Source: Tubiluchus corallicola
Lineage: Eukaryota > Animalia > Priapulida
DNA length: 64,000 nt
Direction of reading: 5' to 3'
Assembly (NCBI GenBank): GCA_030141605.1
Contig: JAQGDQ010000444.1
Location: 130,720-194,719 of the forward strand
Shown here: piece after piece, positions 39,233 to 51,142 of the stretch
Numbering within the stretch: position 1 is the first letter of the stretch
Layout of the letters: each line of letters starts with the position of its first letter
The notes under the pieces: generated by a model
Database searches by the model: none
Told to the model about the DNA's origin: nothing
Seen by the model: the letters and a program-made list of their open reading frames with translations, nothing else
Made by a program: the position numbers and the translations under genes

Positions 39233-40117
39233 GTTAAAAAGCTGTCATAGTGATCAACTCCAACACGTCCGTTTATAGGCGTAACTTTCAGATGCGTGAA
39301 GACGAGACAACTCAAGCAAATCATTTGCTTTGCAGTCTTGCTATCAGCGTGAGCAGTGCTCCAGGAAAAAGCAGAAGAGCTTTTAGGGAAGTGCAATATT
39401 GATATTAAGTGCAAAACGTGTGATTTTGTTAGAAAAGTGAAAATTTTGGTTTCTGCACGAAACAATTTATTCTTTGTACTTAATACTACAGAAGTGATCA
39501 CGTCTTCTATTTTGTCTAATAAATAGATTGTGGCTGCATGGTGATTTAACAATGGAATGGTGGCAGCTATCATCAACCAAATTCTATCTTTATAACTGTC
39601 CTACATATGTTTTATGGTAAGTGTTTATCTTATGAGCAATCATTTTAAATCACTTACTTTATTTTGTATAAATGGGTCTTGTAGTAGTGTGATCTATCAT
39701 GCCACAGTAATGTTGTTTAGTAGTTTAGGTGACTACAGTTTAGGTGCCTTTTAAGGCCCTGTCACATCGCCCAAATTAGAATTATTGCTAAAAGCAGGAC
39801 TGCAGTAGAAAAATTCCTCTTTTGTCTGCACACCGATGTAAGGAAAAGTTGAAACAAACCTCATATTTATAAAGGAAAACAACTTTAAAAAACTATTGAA
39901 AGATTTCGTGAAATATTTTAATGTGGGAGTTAGCAAAAATGAATATTTTTATCTACTACCACTAACCACAGTCAAGGAAGAAGAAGCAGAAAAAACAGCC
40001 AAACTGTAAACTTACTGAAAAGTTGGAAAGAGCATTGGGCGAATTTTTTCATTGTACGCATCATTTTGCAGCATCTGTCTGTGCCAGTAAGTGGCGCACT
40101 CTACAGGCGTTATTTTG
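39226..40117 (+). repeat. Module D, copy 2
   Basis: Colinear with 23280-24262, with indels. Confidence 0.88.
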
Positions 40118-40355
40118 TAACTTCGTTACTTCGAAACACGGCACAACCAGCAAAGCAGGTTGCAAATTATACAATGAATGGAGGAACATAAGATAATTTG
40201 AGGCTTCGTACGGAACAAAAAATAGGAGACCGTATGAACATTGTTAATTAGTTAGTTAGCTAAGCTAGTCAGTTAGTCAGTCATTTAGTTTTAGCTTTGG
40301 TCAGTCATTTAGTTTTAGTTTCAGTATGACAGGTTTGGTAGTATGGCGAGTATAT

Positions 40356-40766
40356 GGAAGATTTAACATGTTTGTCAGTAGGGCAGGTATGGAAGATTTA
40401 GCATGTTTGTCAGTAGGGCAGGTATGGAAGATTTAGCATGTTTGTCAGTAGGGCAGGTATGGAAGATTTAGCATGTTTGTCAGTAGGGCAGGTATGGACG
40501 ATTTAGCATGTTTGTTAGTAGGGCAGGTATGGAAGGTTTAGCATGTTTGTCAGTAGGGCAGGTATGGAAGATTTAGCATGTTTGTCAGTAGGGCAGGTAT
40601 GGAAGATTTAGCATGTTTGTCAGTAGGGCAGGTATGGACGATTTAGCATGTTTGTTAGTAGGGCAGGTATGGAAGATTTAGCATGTTTGTCAGTGGGGCA
40701 GGTATGGAAGATTTAGCATGTTTGTCAGTAGGGCAGGTATGGAAGGTTTAGCATGCTTGGCAGTAT
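40356..40766 (+). repeat. 35-bp minisatellite, ~11.5 units
   Basis: Unit ggaagatttagcatgtttgtcagtagggcaggtat. Confidence 0.97.
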
Positions 40767-41218
40767 TAAACTGTGAATTAGCATTTGATTTTCTTTGTTT
40801 TATTTTTTAGCAATTTTATTTTAAATGTGGTGACGTTGTGTTTTGTAGAATAAACTGTGGGTTGGATTAAAATAATCGTACAATATCAAATCACTCAGAA
40901 AGTTAATAAGTTCACTTGTTAGTAAGCTTTTCTTTACTTATACACGTTATTTGTTCTGTTATTCTTTTGTTTCCTTTCTATTTCTTTACTCACTCTCTTA
41001 AGCAAATAATAATTCACTGCTTGATTCACTGCTTAAATCATAAGTGGCAGGTTCACTGAATCAGTCACTGAGCCAAGGTAAAATCAATTATTAAGTATTT
41101 AGAATTTCACTAAAGCTATTAACAGCCCTTCACTTCATACACTAAAACTTTGCATAAATTCTTTTCTATCTTTAATATTAGGGGCTTAAGGTCAAGAAAA
41201 GGGATACCTGAAGTAGGT

Positions 41219-41863
41219 TGTCACGACTTGGCCCTCTCTTACAAAGCAGAGGGTAGCCTGCGTGAACCTCTTTAAATACATACTAGTATGGTGTCCGAGC
41301 AGGTTTTGATAGAATCTGCACCAGCCTTTAGAACTGTGCATAACTATGGTATGTAACATTGGCATACAAAATATCAACGACAAGATTGCAGCATAAATTT
41401 ATATTTTTTTCAACATTTACAGATTTATAGTATATGACTGCCAGTTGTAAAGTAAATGGGGGTCTAATGGGTACCGGTACCACCACTGAGTCCAAACACT
41501 GCACAGGCTGTACTGTTTGCACTGTAACGTAGTGTACACTGTCCTTCAAACACTGATGAATGAATCTCGAGGATCTGCAGCATATTCCCATATAAACCGA
41601 GTAACCCAGCTCCAATAGTACCATAACTTCCAGTATAACAACTTCCATGACTTAAGTCTCCGTTAGTCCAACCAAGATAAGAATCGTAAACGTCCTATAA
41701 GGTAACCGACTGAATAGAAATTGTGTAGTTCACTGCCATTTCAACAAAACAAATTTCTTGACCTATATCTCCACAGGTATTGCCAGGTGTGACTATCTAC
41801 ACAGGCGGGCAGCTAGTGCCCTCTAGTAGTAAAAATGGTAGACTGTTGTAGCAGACTGTCACA
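41219..41863. mobile_element. Probable solo LTR (645 bp)
   Basis: TGTCAC...GTCACA termini, flanked by TAGGT/CAGGT (5-bp TSD with one mismatch). The empty site gaagtaggtttca is present at ~22110 and, inverted, at ~13270. Confidence 0.7.
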
Positions 41864-42626
41864 CAGGTTTCAGGAAATTGCCTTAAAAATTTATACTGCT
41901 TTACAGAAATTTTGTGTATTTATCGTACTGAAGAAAATTTTTGTTTGTTTTTATTTTAAATCTATCACTACATGACGTCACCAATACAAACGTAAATCAG
42001 CGAAAGAAAAGAAAATGTTAAATTATGTCACAAAATACTTCTATGAAACCCTAACCCTGCTTTTATTATTTCTGGAAAAAAACTATTTTTCTGGAAACAC
42101 ACTGTCCAGTGATTTTTTTCTTTTGGAAATATATTTTTGTACACAAAGTTAACATTTGGATGCAGTCTATAAATTACGCCAAAAATAAAAAACGTGGCAT
42201 TAATTTTAACAATGGAATCAATTAGTGCACAACTCGTTCCTATCGATTCAAACCTTTAGCTGAAATCACATATAAAACATATTATTAGTAAAAATTTAAA
42301 TAATTGGCATCGTTCCTAAAATCAGACATTACCTCAATCATGATGCTCAGATGCTATTATATTATTCATTATAATTCACCCTATTTGTGGTACAGCATAC
42401 GTATCTATGGATTCAGTACAAACATCCACCTTGCATCCATTGATTAATGATAAAAGTAAGTTTATCAAACTTATAACAAAGATTCTGTGTAAACACCAAT
42501 TTATTATAAATTAAAAATCATAAAACAGAAGAACATGCACAAGCTAGAACTGACAAAATTTTAATGTTCAATCACCACAGGCTTTTTGATTTACTGGTAG
42601 ACTACAATCAACCCGTATCTCATCTT

Positions 42627-43654
42627 ATGCATTTTATTTTTCATTTGTTATTTATGAAATACATCCACAATGATCATTACAGCATAACAGTTTAATAATT
42701 TAATAACATATTGGTTATTATGTACGCAAGATGCCAAGCTGCAAATTACCTTGGTGTACTCAAAAATTAGTTACTTGTTGGGAGCACCCCAAGTGAATGT
42801 CGATTAAGTGAAGTAGAGAAAAGCAGTAGAATAGAAAAGGAAAGTTAATAGAGAATAAAAAAAAAGAAAATTATATGATGGTATCTGTATGAAGTAACGC
42901 GAACTATAGAAATAAAATAATCGACATAGCCAGCAATGTGATGGATTCCAACAGGGACAGCAGTGTAGTATTAGCAGAATTCAGATTTATTAGTTCATTT
43001 AGCACTAAGATAGAATAATTCTTAAAAAGATTAAGACCAACATAGTCACGCTTGTACAAATCAGATATCAATCTTATGAACTTCGTTGTAGAGAGTTTCA
43101 TTCAAGAAGAGTTGAAGGGTAGTTGTGCCCCCAAAGTATATTACAGTAGGTTAAAAATGGCAGTACTAGACTATTGTTAAAGTGTGATAAAGATGTTTTT
43201 TAGTAATACAATGTTTAACTCGACTGATTAATCCAACATTTTTAGCAATTTTAGAAAGAATCATATTTAAGTGTGGTTTCCAATGTAAGTGTTTATTTAA
43301 GATAACATCTAACAACTTGATTTCGTTTCTTTGTTCTACATTCTTTGTTAAACCAGACTGTAATTTTACAGAGTTCACTATTAATGATGTTAGTGTCCAG
43401 TAGCTTGTTGTCGATCTTGAAGAAAATACTTGTGTCATCAGCAAATTGGCATCTTTCTATTGTCAGTAATACAGTTTTGTAAGTCATTATTGTATAAAGA
43501 AAACAACAGAAGTTCCAAAATAGATCCCTGAGGTATCTATGTGTCTATTGCTTCATTGGAAATGACATTGTTACATTTGACTACTTGAGTATGACCCTTA
43601 TGGTAATTAGCAACCCCTCTAATGCCATAGTGAAGTATTCAATGCGTTTCAACA
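42627..43654 (-). mobile_element. 5'-truncated, decayed LINE fragment with ATCTT target-site duplication
   Basis: HYGIRG, QGSIFG, CQFADDTSIF and HLHWKPHL...KIAKNVGLISR relics. ATCTT occurs at 42622-42626 and 43655-43659. The empty site is at ~1058 (ctcatcttcgcgag). Confidence 0.88.
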
Positions 43655-45694
43655 ATCTTCGCGAGTATTTCACAAGTTTTGTTTCTAAGCAGACATACTG
43701 TGTACCCACTATGAAAGGAAAAAATCTTTAGACTCAAATTATTTTGCTTTGAAACAGCATACCTGCAGAGCTTACAAATGGGACCTATAGTTACATAATG
43801 CACAAATATGAGTCTATACTTATTCCTAGCTACATGGATGCAGATTCATAATTAAAAAATACAGTTCTTCAATTGTAACTGTAGTATAATCATGCTGCTT
43901 TTGTTTGTTTTGTTGATTTTTCTTCCATATTTCTTCTATATTTGGCTGTATATTTTTCTTATTGATACATATTACTTATTTTCATCATTTTCGTTAATTG
44001 CTACAACCCATGTTGCTCTTGAAACAAAGTCGAATTATTTTTTCTCAATTTTTTCTTTAATTGTTTATATTCTTAGTATTTTGTTTGTTATTATTATATT
44101 TTTGCTCTATGTTCTGTTGTTATATTTTTAATTATCACTTATTTATTATTTCTCTTTTAATTTTTGCTGTCTTAAGTTTTTCATTAATTTTATCTGAGAA
44201 TAGTTGTTTATTTGATGTTGCCTTGCATCCCTTTCTCATACACTTCTACTGACACATTTTTTTATTGTAAATATTATTTTTACTCTATAAATTGCGTACT
44301 TGATAAAATAAAATGTCTAATCTGTTTTAAACCAAATGAACAAAATAGTAGTAAAGCATTTTTCGTTTTAAATTGTATACTGTACAAAATCAGTGTTTTA
44401 ATTTCTTAATTTTACTCACATTTTAGGTGCTTCAAGCAGAGCCTTAATTGCCTAGCTTGGAAACTAAGACAGCGCATCATTGTACCTGACAGAGAATGTA
44501 CATTAGACAGACAATATCTTTTAAATTATTACTTGAAAATAATATACAGCTGAGGTAACAATATTTAACAACACCCTTAGTAACAGTCGAAATATTTTCA
44601 CACCAGCAAGGCAATATAATGACAGAAATTGAAATGTTTTGAATGTTGAAAAATATTTTATTTTTTAAATTGCCAATTTGTTTAATTACAGGTTATTGTC
44701 GGTGACCTTCAGTGCAGCTTCAAGAAGTTCTAAAAGTCACGTTAAAACCGGAAACATTTAACCTTTACTGCCAACTGTGTCTCGCTGCAATGACGGAAAC
44801 GTCTATAAAGACGGAACTACGACATGGCTTTTAAAATTAGTCTTATTCCTTCAACACCTCTATGAATCATGTGCAATGTTGTAAAAAATCAGTTAACTCT
44901 GAAATACAACGGACTTTGTGAGACAGATGATTATGTTGAGTATGTATACAGTGCATTGATATCAATTAAAGAGATGCATCAACTGATATGTTTTGCAATT
45001 TGCTGGAAAGCCGTAAAGAAAGATGGAATTGACAGCAAAACATTTCATGTAGAAGCAGCTCTAAGAAAATCGATGGAAGCTATAGCTGACAGTTCTGTTC
45101 TTTGGAACTTAATACGAGATGTCACAAGTTATGCCATAATTATATTGATATGCCAAGAGAATGAGCAAAAGTCCAAACTGTTTGAAAGGGACTGAAATCG
45201 ACATACGTCCATCCTGAGAACAAATAATCATTGTGGAGTGTCACTAATCTAAAAAAGATAATACTGATGATTATGATTAATGATTAATTGATTTTTAAAG
45301 ACTTGCAAGAAACACTGAGTTACACTGTTGCTTCAGTGATTAGTGTATTTCACATTGTGAGATCGAGTGAAGCATCTGTAAGTGTGTGTAAAAGCTTGCA
45401 ATGGAAATTTTTTTTAATTTTGTATGGGACTTTGTGCTTTGCATAAAAAGACAATACAAATTTCTTGTTCAGCATTGTTCACAAACTATGTGTTGTATAT
45501 CATTGAGTGGCATGACAGACCCGCAATTGTTTGATGAACATAATAAATTGTTTTGTACTATTACTCAATGTTTCTGTTCAGTAGGTCACAGCAAAAGAAA
45601 GTACCTAGAATATTCTACATTTGGAACTGTACAAACAGCAATTCCCTAATCAAAAACAAGAGTTTCTTTAGAGATGTTGTCTGTAGATGGGTGT

Positions 45695-46305
45695 TGTCAC
45701 GGATTCCCGTGATTGAATTCTACTCTACAGCATTGTAAACTAGTTTATTCCGGTTCTATAACCTTTGCAAATTTATCTAGAGTGATTCAATTAGGTTAAC
45801 CTTGAGTTATTCATACGGGCTTCATTCCGAAGCTATAAATTCCTTCGTCACCATTGTACAGGTGAGCATTTGACGGTTGCTTTTCCTACAAGCAGACGTC
45901 AAATGGTCCGCCTAATTCGTTAGGTGAATTTTTACCCCCTTTTTTTAATAGTTTTTTTTTTTTTTTGGTTATGTGCTGATATGTATCTATAAATAGGTTT
46001 ACTGCTGTTATAAGAAGTAACTATGTAATTGCGACAAATCTTGTGAATTGAATAAACTTTATTTGGGTGGCCACTCCTTTTTAAACCAATGGTTATGCGG
46101 TTTTTGTTAAGAGTTAAAATTTAGTCTAAATTATGTTTCAGTAACAGCAAACCATTCTAATTATCAACTCGTAGACTTAAGCGTTATGCACCTTTCTCTA
46201 TAAAAACCATACTAGACTATATACACTTCCACGTAATTGTTTAATTAAGAACCAGGCCGACGTCTCTCCCACAAAACATTTATGAAAAAAAGATCATTTT
46301 TCACA
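45695..46305 (+). repeat. 5' LTR (611 bp)
   Basis: TGTCACGG...TTTCACA, containing TATAAATA and AATAAA. Confidence 0.95.
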
Positions 46306-46326
46306 TGGTGCCTCACACCGGTTTCG
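46306..46326 (+). promoter_or_regulatory. Primer-binding site
   Basis: TGGTGCCTCACACCGGTTTCG. The reverse complement parses as a tRNA 3' end: CGAAA-CCGGT-GTGAGGC-A-CCA. The isotype was not assigned. Confidence 0.85.
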
Positions 46327-47029
46327 CTTAAATTAAATCCGTAAATATTTGAAGTGTGAGCACTTGCTAGGCTGCTTAAATTTTGCAAATTTTGCTGCTG
46401 TCCAAAAAGTTCTTTGCCCTCGGGAGGGTGCTTCATATTTTTATAGTCAGTTTTACAAATTATATGCGCTCGAGTCATTTAGTTTAGCGCTACTGATACA
46501 AATAAGCTGACGTTGATAAGACCTGTAGAGAAGCACAAGGCTTACTATAATAGTAAGATATAACGCTATAACTTGAATCATACGTTTGTTGTATTCTTAA
46601 TGGTAGCCTTTGGTATTGATTTTATGCTTCTCGTAAGGCACGTAATTTGTGACAGCAAAACTAAATATTGTAATTTCTACCTTTTATTTTCAGCCTAGCA
46701 TAGTATATAGTCTGATAATATATTTTATTTTACAGCTTACTTCGCTGACAAATTTTTTCTACAGGTTTACGAGTTTAACTAGGACGTTTTGCTGTACAGC
46801 TTAAATCTAGGTCATTTTTGTTTATAGCTGTAGCATAGCGTATCGGCTCCAAGGTCAAGGGCTGGAAAAGGTCGCAGCGTTTATACAGCACATAACTAAC
46901 TAGTACTAGAAATATTCATTTTTATTTGATTGCGTATAGTTTGTGTACCTTTTAGGGTTTGATAAAATTGATTGATTGTTAAACGTGACCGTTCATCTTG
47001 TGTCCTAATCCTATTACTTTACAGCATAC

Positions 47030-47272
47030 ATGTCTATACAGACTCGTAGTAAAACGGCTAAGATGGAAAAAGCGTTAAAAAGTACATATGAATCAGGAGA
47101 CGAACAACATCTTTCTGATACTGAAACTGAATTTGAGGCAGAAACTTTGGATCAAACTTCATCTGTTGATCCGCTTCCCTCAGATGGTTATCAAGGGGTT
47201 AAACCTAAGAAGCCTGTTGTTACTGTCACTACTACTGACACGCTAGCTTCGACGACAGGGCTAAACCTGTAA
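47030..47272 (+). CDS. Probable Gag N-terminus, out of frame with the downstream ORF
   Basis: MSIQTRSK start followed by an acidic, Thr-rich low-complexity tract. Similar KPVTTT sequence continues in the -1 frame at ~47263. Confidence 0.55.
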   Translation: MSIQTRSKTAKMEKALKSTYESGDEQHLSDTETEFEAETLDQTSSVDPLPSDGYQGVKPKKPVVTVTTTDTLASTTGLNL

Positions 47273-47289
47273 CTACTACAGCTATTCCT

Positions 47290-48438
47290 TTGCTGCCTAC
47301 TTCGAATCCTGCAGCTGCGATGAAAATCGAACCCCAGCAAGTGGCGGCCAACGCTAGACTTTCTTCTTTTATGCTTATCCGAGCCAAACAAATTGAACAA
47401 ATACACAAAGATGAACTAGAAGCCAACACTCTTATCTCAGCTTCTTCTAGTGTTATCTCACGAAACCCCAGTCAATATTTACAGCGGGTTAAAACTTGCA
47501 TAGCCTCACTCAAGGCCAGACTTCAGAAGATAGACCAATTGTCAGAATCGATCTTGCAACTATCGGACCCCCACTCTGTGCTTGAGCTTACTGCACGCTA
47601 TACAGATGAAGACATCTTACTGTCTAACCAAGTGACTTCTCTGATTGCCCAATTAGACATTAAGACTGACAGTGACTTACGAACTAGCATCTCACCTCAG
47701 TCACCAACTCCATTTCATCAGTCATCATTCAGTTCACCGCATGCTTATAGTAGAATTCCTAAACTTGAGATTAAACCATTTAACGGAAATATACTTGAAT
47801 GGCAAACCTTTTGGTCAATGTTTTCTGATGTTGTTGATTCTAATCCTGATCTATCTAAAGTTCAAAAATTTCAGCATTTAAAATCTAAACTTACAGGTGT
47901 TGCTGCTCGCGCAGTCGAGGGTTACATAGTTAATGATTCTAATTATTCTACTGTTATTGATTTATTGAAAGACAGGTTCGGCTGCCACGAAACGATTATT
48001 CAGCGGCATCACAAGGAGTTGACACACCTAGAAAAGTGTGGTGATGGTTTTAAAAATTCCTATATAAGGGATGTAGTACTGGTAGAAGACCAAAACCTTC
48101 CACGAGGACAGTGGCGCCTTGGCAAAGTTCTTAAATTGAAGCCTAGTGCAGATGGCTTAATTCGTAATGTTGAAGTTCTTGTTAATGGTTCCACTTTGAA
48201 CAGAAATATTAAATGTCTGTACCCCCTTGAATGTCATTTTCATAACTCATCTCATACGACTTTGACAGACGTTTCGACTGAACACGTGTCTTGTCTTAAC
48301 AAGAATGATGATGCTGCTTCCATTTCAGATGCGGATTCTTCACCTCTACCTGTCAGCGAACGTCCAAAGAGAGAAGCCGCCAAAAAGGCAAGAAAATGGC
48401 TAACAGATGTCAGCACCGACTTATTATCTAGTGATTAG
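47290..48438 (+). CDS. BEL/Pao Gag (DUF1759-like) fused in frame to the integrase C-terminal region (DUF5641-like)
   Basis: RIPKLEIKPFNGNILEWQTFWSMF...QKFQHLKSKLTG...LLKDRFG, then DVVLVEDQNLPRGQWRLGKV...DGLIRNVEV...LYPLE. No protease, RT, RNase H or DDE core is present. Confidence 0.88.
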   Translation: MLPTSNPAAAMKIEPQQVAANARLSSFMLIRAKQIEQIHKDELEANTLISASSSVISRNPSQYLQRVKTCIASLKARLQKIDQLSESILQLSDPHSVLELTARYTDEDILLSNQVTSLIAQLDIKTDSDLRTSISPQSPTPFHQSSFSSPHAYSRIPKLEIKPFNGNILEWQTFWSMFSDVVDSNPDLSKVQKFQHLKSKLTGVAARAVEGYIVNDSNYSTVIDLLKDRFGCHETIIQRHHKELTHLEKCGDGFKNSYIRDVVLVEDQNLPRGQWRLGKVLKLKPSADGLIRNVEVLVNGSTLNRNIKCLYPLECHFHNSSHTTLTDVSTEHVSCLNKNDDAASISDADSSPLPVSERPKREAAKKARKWLTDVSTDLLSSD

Positions 48439-49098
48439 TGAATAGTAGTAGTGACAGACTTTGAACTCTCGTTTGTTGATTCCGTACGTCATGGATATGA
48501 TGATGCAGTTGGTTTCCTGATTGGTTCAGGGCCCGTTCCAATTATGGTTACTAGTTGCGGTTATGATGGTTATGGTTATGTCAGTCACAGGTTATGGCAA
48601 TGGTTACACTGCTATGCAGCTGATGGATGGAGTTCATGCCACACTACGTTTGCTATATGGAGTCTAAGACAATATTAGCTATTATAAATTGTCCTGTCTT
48701 CATTTGTAAATATTGTAAAATACTTAGATTGCATAAAAATCACCCCCAAAAACAATATAAAACACAAAACTAAATAGATAGTGTTCTTGCATTGTAGCCA
48801 TGTATAATCACAGATAGTTTGTGCTAGTTTATATAATTTTTGATATTTATGTGGATGTGCCTTTAAGGTACTTATTTTGATTTTTCTCACCCATATAATT
48901 TGACACATAACTTACGCATGAAACCTGAATTTCCTATTGTGGCCTCTGTTATATACAGTATTTGAGATAGATAGTAGGTTTTTGCAGGTTTCTCTGTGAT
49001 CGTTATTTAGTTGTCTAGCATTTTACTACCTGATAGGATTGAGCAAGTTGTTTATTACTTGAACTTTGAACTTAAAATTTTTGTTTTCGTTTCCAGAG

Positions 49099-49717
49099 TG
49101 TCACGGATTCCCGTGATTGAATTCTACTCTACAGCATTGTAAACTAGTTTATTCCGGTTCTATAACCTTTGCAAATTTATCTAGAGTGATTCAATTAGGT
49201 TAACCTTGAGTTATTCATACGGGCTTCATTCCTTCATTCCGAAGCTATAAATTCCTTCGTCACCATTGTACAGATGAGCATTTGACGGTTGCTTTTCCTA
49301 CAAGCAGACGTCAAATGGTCCGCCTAATTCGTTAGGTGAATTTTTACCCCCTTTTTTTAATAGTTTTTTTTTTTTTTTGGTTATGTGCTGATATGTATCT
49401 ATAAATAGGTTTACTGCTGTTATAAGAAGTAACTATGTAATTGCGACAAATCTTGTGAATTGAATAAACTTTATTTGGGTGGCCACTCCTTTTTAAACCA
49501 ATGGTTATGCGGTTTTTGTTAAGAGTTAAAATTTAGTCTAAATTATGTTTCAGTAACAGCAAACCATTCTAATTATCAACTCGTAGACTTAAGCGTTATG
49601 CACCTTTCTCTATAAAAACCATACTAGACTATATACACTTCCACGTAATTGTTTAATTAAGAACCAGGCCGACGTCTCTCCCACAAAACATTTATGAAAA
49701 AAAGAGCATTTTTCACA
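49099..49717 (+). repeat. 3' LTR (619 bp)
   Basis: By eye it differs from the 5' LTR by two substitutions and one 8-bp tandem duplication (ttcattcc). Confidence 0.95.
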
Positions 49718-49993
49718 GGTGTAGCAGACCTTTAGATATCTTAGGCACATGTGAATGAGCATACATCCTTAACTAACAGACTTTTCCAGTGTGTGTTACT
49801 TTTCCTGTTGGTGGCCACCTCCTTTCGTAATGTGGTAAACCTAGGGGATGGTCCTACAAAAAATAATAAATACATTAAAATGTTAGGCCTGTATTGTTAT
49901 AATTAAGTAAAAACAATTGCATAATGAACGAACAACTAGTTTATTGTGTTTGCACCAATAAATTTTTAAATCTCTATTACAGTGGGACAAAGA

Positions 49994-50046
<53 letters not shown>

Positions 50047-50069
50047 TCTCACTCTCTCTCTCTCTCTCT
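49994..50069. repeat. (CT)n microsatellite
   Basis: Directly visible. Confidence 0.97.
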
Positions 50070-50189
50070 GTATTTTGTAATATTGCGTACTGTGAAAACA
50101 AACAACACCAAAATAACCCGTCTAAACTGTATGGAGATATTACTGACATAATAAAAGTTTCAGCCGCAATTAGTATTCCAGGGAAGGAA

Positions 50190-51142
50190 CTTGAGTCTAA
50201 TAAGTGTCCATGTAAGACGATACCTGGGTGGAATGACTACGTTGCAGATAGTCATAGATATTCACGTCAGTTTTTCCTTGTATGGCGAATAAATGGTCTC
50301 ATTGCTACTTAACTGTCCAGACAGACTTAAAGGTGAACATTTCAGTAATGCATCCCATTTGCTGGCAATCATGTTGGTGCTGCTATGTGTAACACACGGT
50401 TACCTGCCACATTCGTTAATGTTATCTGTACTAGTACCTCTCGTTAAAGACAAAAATGGGGATATTACAGAGAAGAACAGCTATAGGCCTGTCGCTCTTT
50501 CATCTGTAGGAAGCAAAGTTATAGAAATACTGCTTCTAAATCGTTACAGTTCTTGTTTGAGTACCACGCCAAACCAGTTGGCTTTTGTTGAAAACTTAGG
50601 CACAGAGATGTGCATCCATACTTTAAAAGAGGTGCCTGACTATTACATTAGTCGACAAAGCACTGTGCACATTCTGTTTATTGGCGCATCGAAAGCGTTC
50701 GATAGAGTAAACTATCTCAAACTGTTTCTAAATCTTATCAGTACTAACAGACAAAACGTAGTAACTAGACTTATTACAAAAAACAACGTATGTTGGTTAG
50801 ATGAGGTAAATTTAACTCTGATGGTTTTGCAGTAGGTAACGGAATTCGTCAAGGTGGAAAAATGTCACACTGTTATTCAACTTATATTTTAAAAATCTCA
50901 GTGCTGCACTTACTAACTCTCGTGTGCGTTGTCATATTGCTGAAGCCTGCATTAATCACTTGATGTACGCTAATGACATGTGTCTTTTAGCAACAACCTC
51001 GACGGCTTTGCAGAGACTGCTGGATATTTTTAGTAAATTTGCTAAAAAATATGATATCCTTGTAAATGTGAATAAGACTAAACTTGTCACAATTCGCTCA
51101 GCCCACATGCAGCAGTTAACATATGTAAATAAGTACGGATAA
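50190..51142 (+). mobile_element. Degenerate non-LTR retrotransposon RT fragment (a different clade from the other LINEs here)
   Basis: IPGWNDYV, VPLVKDKNGD...SYRPVAL, ASKAFDRVNY, NGIRQGG and INHLMYANDMCLLA motifs with stops and frameshifts. Confidence 0.9.

Larger units (their letters stand above)
45695..49717 (+). mobile_element. Non-autonomous, internally deleted BEL/Pao LTR retrotransposon (4023 bp)
   Basis: Two TG...CA LTRs, a perfect GGTGT TSD (45690-45694 and 49718-49722), a PBS, and BEL-type Gag and integrase C-terminal sequence. Confidence 0.95.
42075..49915 (+). repeat. Module A, copy 3, interrupted by a LINE fragment and the BEL element
   Basis: Colinear with ~675-3365 once the two insertions are removed. 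Confidence 0.85.
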
